Shown: piece by piece, positions 53,579-64,000 of the stretch
Layout of the letters: each line of letters starts with the position of its first letter
How positions within the stretch are numbered: the first letter of the stretch is position 1
Origin: Phyllobates terribilis
Lineage: Eukaryota
Assembly: GCF_046119375.1 (NCBI RefSeq)
Contig: NW_027362761.1
Span: forward strand, 1,150,782,001-1,150,846,000
Length of the DNA stretch: 64,000 nucleotides
Reading direction: 5' to 3'
The notes under the pieces: model-generated
Told to the model about the DNA's origin: nothing
Seen by the model: the letters and a program-made list of their open reading frames with translations, nothing else
Database searches by the model: none
Program-made: the position numbers and the translations under genes

Positions 53579-55144
53579 CCACGGTTGGCAAGTTAGAACT
53601 GTAAGATTCACTACGTGAACCGCTGGTGTTTTGTGGAAAAGCACATGTACACCGCGTTCCAAATTATTATGCAAAAAGTGTTTAGGAGTGATAAGGGAAG
53701 AATTTGTTTGTTTGTCAGTTAAACTCATTGATGGTGATGTGTGTCAGGGCTCTTTATATCACTGTAAGCAATTGCAGACACCTGTGCTAATTAGTTTGGC
53801 AGGTGTGTCCAATGAAAGGCAAGACTACTTAAGAAGGCTCTCTCACATTATTAAGCAGCCTACATTTTCTGCCAAAATGGGAAAGAAAAAGGATGTGTCG
53901 GCTGCTGAGAAGCAACAAATTGTGGAGTGTTTAGGTCAAGGCATGACTACAATCAACATTGTGCGATGATCAGGATGAAGTGTCTTGGCAATCAAGAAGT
54001 ATGTAGCTGATTCACAGTACACACGTGTGCGTGCTGATAAGGGCAAATTGAGGACTCTTTCCTACAGGCAATTACGTCAGGTTGAAAGAGCAGCGGCAAA
54101 AAAGCCTTGTCATAGCAGCAGACAAGTTTTTGAAGCTGCTTGTGCCTCCAACATCCCCCGAACAACAAGATGCAGGGTCCTTCAGAGGTTTGCAGCTGTG
54201 CATACGCCATCCTGTCGACCTCCTCTATCCACTTCACACAAGCAGAAATGGCTCCAGTGGGCCAAACATTACATGAAGACTGATTTCAAAACTGTTTTGT
54301 TCACGGATGAGTGCCGTGCAGCGCTCGATGGTCCAGATGGATGGAGTGGAGGATGGCTGGTTGATGGACACCCCACGCAAACACGGCTACAGCGCCAACA
54401 AGGAGGAGGTGGAGTAATGTTTTGGGCTGGAATCATGGGGAGAGAGATTGTCGGCCCCTTTAGGATCCCTGAAGGCGCTAAAGATGAACTCCATAATGTA
54501 TGTGGATTTTCTCAAACAGCACTTCCTGCCATGGTTCAAGAAGAAGAACCGTGTATTTCACAGCAAGATCATTTTTCTGCATGATAATGCACCATCTCAT
54601 GCTGCACATAAAACATCTGCATCTCTGGCTGATATGGGCATAAAAGGGGACAAACTTATGGTGTGATCCCCATGCTCCCCTGACCTCTACCCCATTCAGA
54701 ACCTTTGGAGCATCATTAAAAGGAGTGTCTATGATGGCGGGAGGCAGTTCACATCTAAGCAACAGCTCTGGGAGGGTATTCTGTCCTCATGCAAAACAAT
54801 TGAAGCAGAAACCATCCAAAATCTGACAAATTCAATGGACGAGAGAGTTCAGAAGCTCCTTTCGAACAAGGGGTCCTATGTGAAAATGTAACATCACCTA
54901 GAATAAAGTTTTGAGTTGAAAACTGTTTGATTTCAGTTTCTAACAACCTGCTAATGCTTATAATTTCAAAAATGACCATTTTTTTGGTCTTTATTAAAAT
55001 GAAAAGGTTGATCGAAAAGTTTGGGGGATCTAAGAGTGTGGCAACCCAGTAGTCATGATTACTTCGAATTCTGACAATATGAGGGTCATGCTGCAGGTAG
55101 TGCAGCAAGAAGGCACTTATGTGTCTTGCGCATCTCGGAGCCCC
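53579..55144 (-). pseudogene. Diverged second copy of part of the hAT transposase (pieces 53579-53649 and ~55025-55144), split by a Tc1
   Basis: 53579-53649 matches 55800-55870, and 55025-55144 matches 55960-56080 (HYLQHDP.IVRIR...DYWVATLLDP). Confidence 0.88.
53650..55005 (+). mobile_element. Decayed Tc1 element lacking its right terminus
   Basis: Starts TA|CACCGCGTTCCAAATTATTATGCA. Pieces MGKKKDVS, LFTDECRA, HDNAPSH and SPDL.PI; no 3' TIR. Confidence 0.85.
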
Positions 55145-55348
55145 AAAATTATTTTCCGGGCTAGATGCAGCTAAAAATTATTTTTAATTTTAAATCTGGT
55201 GGAGCTTATTATAGATGGCCTAATAGGATCAGTGCTGCACACTGCTACAAAGCCCAAATTATTTTCCAGTCAAGATACAGATAAACATGATTAGTAATTT
55301 GAAAGCTTAAAACGTTTGGTAGGGTGATTTTAACCAATCATCAAGCTT

Positions 55349-58300
55349 TTACTCTCCCCAGGATGACACAGGGGTAGAAAAGTCGTTTCGGATCCATGAT
55401 TTGTTCATCTTTATGAACGTGAGTCTGTCTACATTATCAGTGGAGAGCCGTGTGCGCTTATCTGTCAGCACACCACCAGCAGCGCTGAACACACGTTCAG
55501 ACAGAACGCTGGCTGCGGGGCATGACAAGATCTCCAAGGCGTAAGTGGCTAGCTCCGGCCATTTATCCAGATTGGAAGCCCAAAAAGAGCAAGGGTCCAG
55601 TGACACAGTCGTGGCTTCAATGTTTACTTGGAGATACTCCTGTACCATCGTCTCTAGGCGTTGACTATGTGTCAGACTTCTTGTCTCCTGTGGCCTTGCA
55701 AAGGATGGGCTAAAAAAGTGGTGAAATGATTCCGCAAAATTGATGTTACCAGCAGATACTGTGGTTCTGTTACGGTTTGAGTGCTGAACACTTGACGGTC
55801 CCACGGTTGGCAAGTTGGAACTGTGAGATTCACTACGTGCACCACTGGTATTTTGTGGAAAAGCACATGTAAGATTCTGCAACAGTCTCTGCTGATACTC
55901 CTGCATGCGTGCATCCCTTTCTATGGCAGGAATAATTTCTGCAAATTTACTTTTGTACCAGGGATCTAACAGTGTGGCAACCCAGTAGTCAGGATTATTT
56001 CTAATTCTCACAATTCGAGGGTCATGTTGCAGGTAGTGCAGCAAGAAGGCACTCATGTGTGTTGCGCATCCAGGAGCACCAAGTCCCTGTTGTGTTGGTG
56101 GCGAGGTAACAATCATGCTTCCTTCCTCTGTCCTCTCCCCCCAACCTCGCACAACAGAAATGTGATCAAGGTCTCCCTCATCTGATGAGTCTTCCATCAG
56201 TTCGTCCTCCACTTCTTCCTGGGCTCCTGCACCTTCCTCACTAGTTTGGCTGCTACCATGCGCCCTGGTAAAACCATCTCCCCCACCCTCACATGCCTGC
56301 CGCCTTGGTGCTGCCGACCTTCTGGACCTTGCAGATGTTAGCCCTTCCGCATACAACTCCTCCTCCTCTACTTCCTCCACCTCCTCTTGTGCCACCACCT
56401 GACTCCAAATTCTGTTTAACATGTGCTCCAGCATGTAAATCACCGGAATAGTCATGCTGATAATGGCATCGTCAGCACTAAACATCTTCGTCGCCATTTC
56501 AAAACTGTGCAGAAGGGTGCATAGGTCCCTGATCTGAGACCACTCCTCCAGCGTGATTTGCCCCACCTCTGAATCTCGTTGGCCCAGGCTATACGTCAGA
56601 ACGTATTGCACCAGGGCTTGTCGGTGCTGCCACAGTCGCTGCAACATGTGCAGAGTTGAATTCCACCGGGTAGGCACATCGCATTTTAGCCGGTGAAGTG
56701 GCAGGCCCAACGACTTCTGTAGAGATGTAAGTCGCTGAGCTGCGGGATGCGAACGGCGGAAGTGAGCACACAGCGACCGTGCCCTCTGCAGAAGGCCATC
56801 TAGTCTGGGATAGTGGGCTAAAAATTGCTGGACAACCAGGTTCAACACGTGAGCCATACAAGGCACGTGTGTGACATTGCCCCGGCGAAGGGCCGCACCC
56901 AGGTTTGCAGCATTGTCGCACACGGCCTTCCCTGGTTTCAGGTCCAGTGGAGACAACCATTCATGAAATTGGTTCTCCAGAGCTGACCACAACTCCTCAG
57001 CTGTGTGACTCACATTTCCCAGACATTTCAATGTAAAAACCGCCTGATGACGTTGAGCCCTACTGCCAGCATAGTAAGGAGGTGTGCAGGATCCCTTCTG
57101 CGCAGTTAGAAAGCTTGTGGCATGACCAGACAGGCTTTGGGTGCAGGTGGAAGACCGAGAGGAGGTTGAGGAGGCAGAAGCAGTGGAGGAACTTTGACAT
57201 AAAGAGGATTGACGCACAACTCGTGGGGACGGCAAGACTTGGACAGCAGCCCCTTGTCCTGCTGTCACCATAGTTACCCAGTGCCCAGTCAGCGACATGT
57301 AACGCCCCTGTCCATGCCTACTCGTCCAAGTGTCTGTGGTGAAATGCACCCTGTCACACACAGAGTTTCTCAAAGAAGCGGTGATGTTGTGTGCGACATG
57401 CTGGTGGAGCGCAGGCACACCTTTCTTTGAGAAGTAGTGCCGGCTGGGCATCTGGTACTGGGGCACTGCGACGGACATAAGGTCTCGAAAATCCTCTGTG
57501 TCCACCAGGCGGAAAGGCAGCATTTCTGTAGCCAAGAGCTTGCAGATGGTGAAATTCAACCTCTTAGCTTTCTCATGGCTAGGAGGAAATGGTCTTTTAC
57601 TTGTCCACATCTGAGGGACCGAGGGCTGGCTATTGTGCTTAGACGGGGTTGATAAGGGTGTCCCCGGCAAACTGCCGGTCTGTGAGGAAGATGCAGGCGG
57701 ACATGTTAGGTTGCCTTCATCCAAAGGTGGTGCTATCGATGTCGGACAGCGCTCAACACCAGCTGGTGTTACCACCTCCAAAGAAAATGATGACCTGCCA
57801 ATCACGCTGGCTGTTGCGGGTAAAGAGGTGGCAGGTCTGCGCCCCAAAACAGATGTGACTGCTGTCCCCCCAGTCACAGAGGATGAAGAGGCCGCGGATG
57901 CACAAGATATGGCAGACGGTGGTTGGCCCGGCCGGCTAGGCCGCATTGTAGCACACTGAGCTTCCCACTGCAACTTATGCTTCATGTCCATGTGCCGGTT
58001 CATGCATGAAGTACTCAAACTATGTATTTTTTGGCCTCTACTTAGCTTTTGCTGACAAATGTTACAGATAACACGAGTTGGGTCATCTTTATCGATCTGA
58101 AAAAATGCCCAGGCTATGCAAGGCTTAGCACCCATGCGACCTGAAGAGCCACCACGACTTGTGGTGAGAGGCAGAGTTGTGTTTGAGGATGCAGTTGTTG
58201 ACGTGCTTCCAGTACTACGTCTCTGTCCAGGAAGGCGCAACCTGACCTCGTCGTCACTAGCATCTTCCTCCACCTCCTCTGCTGACCTCATCTCTTGGCT

Positions 58301-59050
58301 GACTGTGGGTCGACAGTAAGTGGGATCTCCGACCTCATCATCATCACCCTGTGCGTTATCACACCCGTCGTCCTCAGAGCCAACCTGTTCCTGCCCTGAC
58401 AAAAAACTAAAGTTGTCGCTCCAATCAGGTATTTGAGTCTTATCATCGTCTTCCTCATTGTCTCCACCAACAGGAGTTACAGTTTGGGAATGAGGGTCTA
58501 CATTATGGTCAGAACCTTCTGCGTCTGGTCCTGGATCCGACTCATAAAGATTCTGGGCATCAGTGCAGATCATTTCCTCGTCTGGATTCACAGAAGCGCT
58601 GGAGTCGACCTCTGATTCCCAGGCTATAGTATGAGTAAACAGCTCTGCAGACTCAACCATCTGTTCTACCTCATACTCAGACGGGCAGCTGGAGATTTGG
58701 GAGCTGTGAGGAAGCAAGTGCGATTTGGGTGACACCTTTGAGGACTGGAGTATTTGTGATGTTGAAGTTGATGTGGAGGAGAGCCCACTTAAAGGAGCAC
58801 TTGATATCCGTTGAAGCACCTGCTGTTTTTGTGCCTCATCTGGAATTTGTACCGATTGGCGTGGCCGTAAGAAAGGGATCTTATCACATTGTCCGCTAAA
58901 AGAAGTAGACATTTTAGTTTGGCTGGAAGATGGTCTTTCTTCTGCAGATGTTACTGTTGCTTTAACACCTACCCCACGGACACAACCTTTTTTCCCCTTC
59001 CCAACACGCCTATTCCCCTTTCCACCAGCAGCAGGCCTTTTTCCACTCAT
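55349..59050 (-). CDS. hAT transposase with BED zinc finger (ZBED4/6-like), 1233 aa, uninterrupted
   Basis: BED finger (AWAFF...CNIC...RHMDMKH); catalytic D (FTTDTW), D (VCDNAAN), CxxH (CMAH), PTRWNST; E in the hAT dimerisation block (CPAASVLSERVFSAAG). Confidence 0.95.
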   Translation of the reverse strand: MSGKRPAAGGKGNRRVGKGKKGCVRGVGVKATVTSAEERPSSSQTKMSTSFSGQCDKIPFLRPRQSVQIPDEAQKQQVLQRISSAPLSGLSSTSTSTSQILQSSKVSPKSHLLPHSSQISSCPSEYEVEQMVESAELFTHTIAWESEVDSSASVNPDEEMICTDAQNLYESDPGPDAEGSDHNVDPHSQTVTPVGGDNEEDDDKTQIPDWSDNFSFLSGQEQVGSEDDGCDNAQGDDDEVGDPTYCRPTVSQEMRSAEEVEEDASDDEVRLRLPGQRRSTGSTSTTASSNTTLPLTTSRGGSSGRMGAKPCIAWAFFQIDKDDPTRVICNICQQKLSRGQKIHSLSTSCMNRHMDMKHKLQWEAQCATMRPSRPGQPPSAISCASAASSSSVTGGTAVTSVLGRRPATSLPATASVIGRSSFSLEVVTPAGVERCPTSIAPPLDEGNLTCPPASSSQTGSLPGTPLSTPSKHNSQPSVPQMWTSKRPFPPSHEKAKRLNFTICKLLATEMLPFRLVDTEDFRDLMSVAVPQYQMPSRHYFSKKGVPALHQHVAHNITASLRNSVCDRVHFTTDTWTSRHGQGRYMSLTGHWVTMVTAGQGAAVQVLPSPRVVRQSSLCQSSSTASASSTSSRSSTCTQSLSGHATSFLTAQKGSCTPPYYAGSRAQRHQAVFTLKCLGNVSHTAEELWSALENQFHEWLSPLDLKPGKAVCDNAANLGAALRRGNVTHVPCMAHVLNLVVQQFLAHYPRLDGLLQRARSLCAHFRRSHPAAQRLTSLQKSLGLPLHRLKCDVPTRWNSTLHMLQRLWQHRQALVQYVLTYSLGQRDSEVGQITLEEWSQIRDLCTLLHSFEMATKMFSADDAIISMTIPVIYMLEHMLNRIWSQVVAQEEVEEVEEEELYAEGLTSARSRRSAAPRRQACEGGGDGFTRAHGSSQTSEEGAGAQEEVEDELMEDSSDEGDLDHISVVRGWGERTEEGSMIVTSPPTQQGLGAPGCATHMSAFLLHYLQHDPRIVRIRNNPDYWVATLLDPWYKSKFAEIIPAIERDARMQEYQQRLLQNLTCAFPQNTSGARSESHSSNLPTVGPSSVQHSNRNRTTVSAGNINFAESFHHFFSPSFARPQETRSLTHSQRLETMVQEYLQVNIEATTVSLDPCSFWASNLDKWPELATYALEILSCPAASVLSERVFSAAGGVLTDKRTRLSTDNVDRLTFIKMNKSWIRNDFSTPVSSWGE

Positions 59051-59166
59051 TTTGGTGGTTAACTAATTCACAACTCTGGAGTTGTTTGCACAAAAAAACA
59101 ATGGATGGTAACCGAGCAGAGCTGAGTGGCCAAACTGTGGTATTAGGCCAAAACTATTGGCTGGGT

Positions 59167-61995
59167 TAGATGCAGAAAAAAATTATTTTGAATTTGCAAC
59201 CTGATGGAGGTCAGTATAGATGGACTAATACAACAAGTCCCACACACAGCTAGAAGCCCAAATATTTTTTCAGAGGTACTGTAGATACAGATAAAAATTA
59301 GTTTTAATTTGCAACCTGATGGAGGTCAGTATAGATGGACTAATAGAGAAAGTCCGACACACTACTAGAAGGCCAAATATTTTTTCAGAGGTAGATGCAG
59401 AAAAAAATATATTCAGTTTGCAACCTGATGGAGGTCAGTATAGATGGATTAATAGAACAAGACCCACACACAGCTAGAAGCCCAATATTTTTTCAGAGGT
59501 AGATGCAGAAAAAACTATATTCAGTTTGCAACCTGATGGAGGTCAGTATAGATGGACTAATAGAACAAGTCCCACACACTGCTAGAAGCCCAAATATTTT
59601 TTCAGAGGTACTGTAGATGCAGATAAAAATTATTTTTAATTTGCAACCTGATGGAGGTCAGTATAGATGGACTAATAGAGAAAGTCCGACACACTACTAG
59701 AAGGCCAAATATTTTTTCAGAGCTAGATGCAGAAAAAAATTATATTCAGTTTGCAACCTGATGGAGGTCAGTATAGATGGACTAATAGAGAAAGTCCGAC
59801 ACACTACTAGAAGTCCAAATATTTTTTCAGAGGTAGATGCAGAAAAAAATATATTCAGTTTGCAACCTGATGGAGGTCAGTATAGATGGACTAATAGAAC
59901 AAGTCCCACACACTGCTAGAAGCCCAAATATTTTTTCAGAGGTACTGTAGATGCAGATAAAAATTAGTTTTAATTTGCAACCTGATGGAGGTCAGTATAG
60001 ATGGACTAATAGAGAAAGTCCGACACACTACTAGAAGGCCAAATATTTTTTCAGAGATAGATGCAGAAAAAAATATATTCAGTTTGCAACCTGATGGAGG
60101 TCAGTATAGATGGATTAATAGAACAAGACCCACACACAGCTAGAAGCCCAATATTTTTTCAGAGGTAGATGCAGAAAAAAAAATATTCAGTTTGCAACCT
60201 GATGGAGGTCAGTATAGATGGATTAATAGAACAAGACCCACACACAGCTAGAAGCCCAATATTTTTTCAGAGGTAGATGCAGAAAAAACTATATTCAGTT
60301 TGCAACCTGATGGAGGTCAGTATAGATGGACTAATAGAACAGGTCCCACACACTGCTAGAAGCCCAAATATTTTTTCAGAGGTACTGTAGATGCAGATAA
60401 AAATTATTTTTAATTTGCAACCTGATGGAGGTCAGTATAGATGGGCTAATAGAGAAAGTCCGACACACTACTAGAAGGCCAAATATTTTTTCAGAGCTAG
60501 ATGCAGAAAAAAATTATATTCAGTTTGCAACCTGATGGAGTTCAGTATAGATGGACTAATAGAGAAAGTCCGACACACTACTAGAAGGCCAAATATTTTT
60601 TCAGAGGTAGATACAGAAAAAAATATATTCAGTTTGCAACCTGATGGAGGTCAGTATAGATGGACTAATAGAACAAGTCCCACACACTGCTAGAAGCCCA
60701 AATATTTTTTCAGAGGTACTGTAGATGCAGATAAAAATTAGTTTTAATTTGCAACCTGATGGAGGTCAGTATAGATGGACTAATAGAGAAAGTCCGACAC
60801 ACTACTAGAAGGCCAAATATTTTTTCAGAGGTAGATGCAGAAAAAAATATATTCAGTTTGCAACCTGATGGAGGTCAGTATAGATGGATTAATAGAACAA
60901 GACCCACACACAGCTAGAAGCCCAATATTTTTTCAGAGGTAGATGCAGAAAAAAATATATTCAGTTTGCAACCTGATGGAGGTCAGTATAGATGGACTAA
61001 TAGAGAAAGTCCGACACACTACTAGAAGGCCAAATATTTTTTCAGAGGTAGATGCAGAAAAAAATATATTCAGTTTGCAACCTGATGGAGGTCAGTATAG
61101 ATGGACTAATAGAACAAGTCCCACACACTGCTAGAAGCCCAAATATTTTTTCAGAGGTACTGTAGATGCAGATAAAAATTAGTTTTAATTTGCAACCTGA
61201 TGGAGGTCAGTATAGATGGACTAATAGAGAAAGTCCGACACACTACTAGAAGGCCAAATATTTTTTCAGAGGTAGATGCAGAAAAAAATATATTCAGCTT
61301 GCAACCTGATGGAGGTCAGTATAGATGGATTAATAGAACAAGACCCACACACAGCTAGAAGCCCAATATTTTTTCAGAGGTAGATGCAGAAAAAAATATA
61401 TTCAGTTTGCAACCTGATGGAGGTCAGTATAGATGGATTAATAGAACAAGACCCACACACAGCTAGAAGCCCAATATTTTTTCAGAGGTAGATGCAGAAA
61501 AACTATATTCAGTTTGCAACCTGATGGAGGTCAGTATAGATGGACTAATAGAGAAAGTCCGACACACTACTAGAAGGCCAAATATTTTTTCAGAGCTAGA
61601 TGCAGAAAAAAATTATATTCAGTTTGCAACCTGATGGAGGTTAGTATAGATGGACTAATAGAGAAAGTCCGACACACTACTAGAAGGCCAAATATTTTTT
61701 CAGAGGTAGATGCAGAAAAAAATATATTCAGTTTGCAACCTGATGGAGGTCAGTATAGATGGATTAATAGAACAAGACCCACACACAGCTAGAAGCCCAA
61801 TATTTTTTCAGAGGTAGATGCAGAAAAAACTATATTCAGTTTGCAACCTGATGGAGGTCAGTATAGATGGACTAATAGAACAAGTCCCACACACTGCTAG
61901 AAGCCCAAATATTTTTTCAGAGGTACTGTAGATGCAGATAAAAATTAGTTTTAATTTGCAACCTGATGGAGGTCAGTATAGATGGACTAATAGAA
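59167..61995. repeat. Tandem array of 25 full 108-115-bp units in three variants, inside the hAT element upstream of the transposase
   Basis: Near-constant block TTTGCAACCTGATGGAGGTCAGTATAGATGGA(C/T)TAATAGA followed by variant a (109-110 bp), b (108 bp) or c (115 bp). Confidence 0.97.
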
Positions 61996-63377
61996 TGATG
62001 CTATGCCCAAAAGATTTTACTTCACTAGGTGCAGTAAAAAAATTGGTATTCTATACACAGGTGGTATATCTTGCAACACAGATAGGCTACTCCACTGACT
62101 AACACACTCTGCAATAGGCCAAAAAGGATTAGCTTTGCTAGATTCAGCCAAATGCTGTGAAAAAAACTTGCACAGCACTGGCACAGACCTGCCTGGCAAA
62201 AACTGATAGGAACTGATGTAACCTAGTCCTGAAAAGGACTCCAATTACAATTAGTCTTTACTCCCACAATCTATCTATTTAAGAGCACAGACCTCCCTGA
62301 TAAAAGTCGTAGGAAATGCTGTAACCTAGTCCTTAAAAGGACTGCAATCACAACTATTCCCTACTCCCAAGCTATCTGTATATTTGTGCGAAAATTGGCT
62401 TGAAATTAACAAATTGCAGCAGTGAGAAAATGGTGGCGACGGGGAAAATGGCTTGGTCTTATAGGGCAAGGACATGTGACATACACTGCCAATGACACAT
62501 GCCCTTGCTTGTGTGAAAAAAAGCATTTCGCTCCGTGTGTGCGCTGCTGATAGGCTGACAGATTGCACCTCCCCACTGTAAATGCGGGAAAGAGAAAAAA
62601 AAATGGAGATCTTCATTGTTCCTGCAGAGATCCATCCCCTGCCCCTCCCCCCACCCCGCTGTGCACTCAAACTGCGTATTAACATTAATTTTCATCATTA
62701 CTGAGAAAAAATCCAGTTATGATTTTGGTGCACGAACAGTTATCGAACATAACCTCGAACAGCCGAATTTTTCTCAAATTGTTCGTGTTCGCCGAACGGC
62801 TCGAACACCGCCCAAAACAGCTCGAATTTGAGATTGGCGAACAGTTCGAGTAGAACAACGCTCATCTCTAATGTAAACATAAAATAAAACGGTAGATCAA
62901 TACAAGGGAGGTGCAGAGGCCACTAGACAAAAGCAACAATACTGGGACACGTCACACATAACAATGCTATCAAAAAATACAAGCAAAAACAAGTAACAAC
63001 CTGTCTGTGCTTTTAAAGATGACAAAAAAGCAATGTAATCCAATCATGCCTCAATGTCACTTAGTGAATGAATAAGGTCCATCTTTTATAGATTTTAACA
63101 GTTCATAAAATTCTCAAATAATACATTATCAGATAACAACTGTGTATCACTGTGCCTTAATGCATGTTTTACCCTGCTTCATCAGGGGGCATCAATCTGT
63201 TTGCTTAACATTACTGTAAATATTAGTTGTCTCCTTCTTCATGCAAGCTATCAGTTTCATGTTTTTTTTCCCCACGGTCTCATTAATGACTTTATCCCAT
63301 GTATACTATTGTAATATATCTGCTTATCACGAGGTTTACATTTACCACATTTTTATTATTATTTATTTTTATTACAG

Positions 63378-64000
63378 CTGAAAGCCACCTATCGTGTAAC
63401 TGTACCATGGATCTTTGTGACAACTTTAGGAAAGGAATCTATTACATCTACCCATTCTACATTGAATATCAGATCTTAGCCTCGGCCATGCTGTATGTAC
63501 TGTGGAAGAACATAGGGAACAATCTTGGATATTGTCATCATAGATCGAAGCTTAATTTTCGAGGGGTGGTCCCTGGCACACTTTTAGGATCCACTGTGGT
63601 AGCTGCAACAATTGCTGTGGTGGTAACATACCTAATGAATATAGGACGATCAAAAAATAACAGCGAATCCGCTTTGAGTATCTTCTACTTCTATTGTATC
63701 GCTGTCCTAAGCTTCATGTGCATAGTATCAATAATTGGCCTTGCAATATATAAACTGGATAACATACGTACCATGAAAGAGAAAAGCCCAGCAGTAAAGC
63801 TGGATGAAAGCCTACTGGTGGGTTCTGCCATTGGATCTTGGATTACATCATGGGGCTCCATTATTGCTATAATATTTACTAGTAGCCACCCTGCTTATAC
63901 CTGGTACACTTTACCCTACTCCATACTCATGATATTAGAGAAATACCTACAAAACATGTTCATAATTACATACATAAACAAAAAAGACAAGAAAAGTGCT
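63378..64000 (+). CDS. otop1: Otopetrin-1-like proton channel, exon 5 (large exon, runs off the window)
   Basis: ATTACAG|CT GAA...; open frame to the window end: (S)ESHLSCNCTMDLCDNFRKGIYYIYPFYIEYQILASAMLYVLWKNIG...AATIAVVV.YL..IGRSK..SESAL...SWGSI...HP.YTWY.LPYSIL...EKYLQNMFI. The ORF track missed it because no stop codon falls in the window. Confidence 0.96.

Larger units (their letters stand above)
50890..62870 (-). mobile_element. Full-length hAT transposon (~12.0 kb) with intact transposase
   Basis: Ends TAGTGTTGAGC and (reverse complement) TAGAGATGAGC; perfect 8-bp TSD ATGTAAAC at 50882-50889 and 62871-62878; GTTCG/CGAAC subterminal repeats at both ends. Confidence 0.96.

Noticed and set aside
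55522-58615. Plus-strand ORFs overlapping the transposase, and antisense ORFs over CR1, Gypsy and Tc1
   Set aside because: Shadow frames of real coding sequence with no independent support.
55349-59050. Domesticated host gene ZBED4 or ZBED6
   Set aside because: The ORF is still flanked by TIRs, subterminal repeats and a perfect 8-bp TSD, so it is an autonomous element and no host gene symbol was assigned.
59167-61995. Constant block plus variable tail looks like a CRISPR repeat-spacer array
   Set aside because: The variable parts are three homologous variants reused many times rather than unique spacers. There are no cas genes, and the context is a eukaryotic transposon.

Overview
Vertebrate, most likely frog (anuran), genomic DNA. 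The window lies inside one protein-coding gene on the + strand, an otopetrin-1-like proton channel gene (otop1). Four exons were read by eye: 16091-16227, 33415-33473, 44133-44263 and 63378 to the window end. All have canonical AG/GT sites and compatible phases; the ORF track shows them only as fragments or misses them. Exon 1 was not found and is presumably upstream. The introns (>16, 17.2, 10.7 and 19.1 kb) are mostly transposon-derived. Main contents: (1) a four-level nest, Chapaev/CMC-like remnant > Tc1 > full-length Gypsy LTR element > CR1 LINE, with a target-site duplication (TSD) readable at each nested insertion; (2) a second, near-full-length and almost identical CR1 in opposite orientation, so that a ~2.6 kb inverted repeat brackets exon 2; (3) a ~3.3 kb fold-back array of alternating ~0.95 kb arms whose hairpin junctions occur as flip/flop isomers; (4) at least eight Tc1-type families, two solo LTRs, V-SINEs, hAT and Harbinger-type MITEs, and minisatellites; (5) a 12 kb hAT element with a perfect 8-bp TSD and an intact 1233-aa BED-finger transposase, which carries a 25-unit, three-variant tandem array upstream of the gene and a string of decayed foreign fragments downstream (18S rRNA piece, L1 RT piece, solo LTR, Tc1, a second copy of part of its own transposase). 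No CRISPR array or prokaryotic system is present. All coordinates were counted by hand and may be off by a few bases; percent identities are by-eye estimates.
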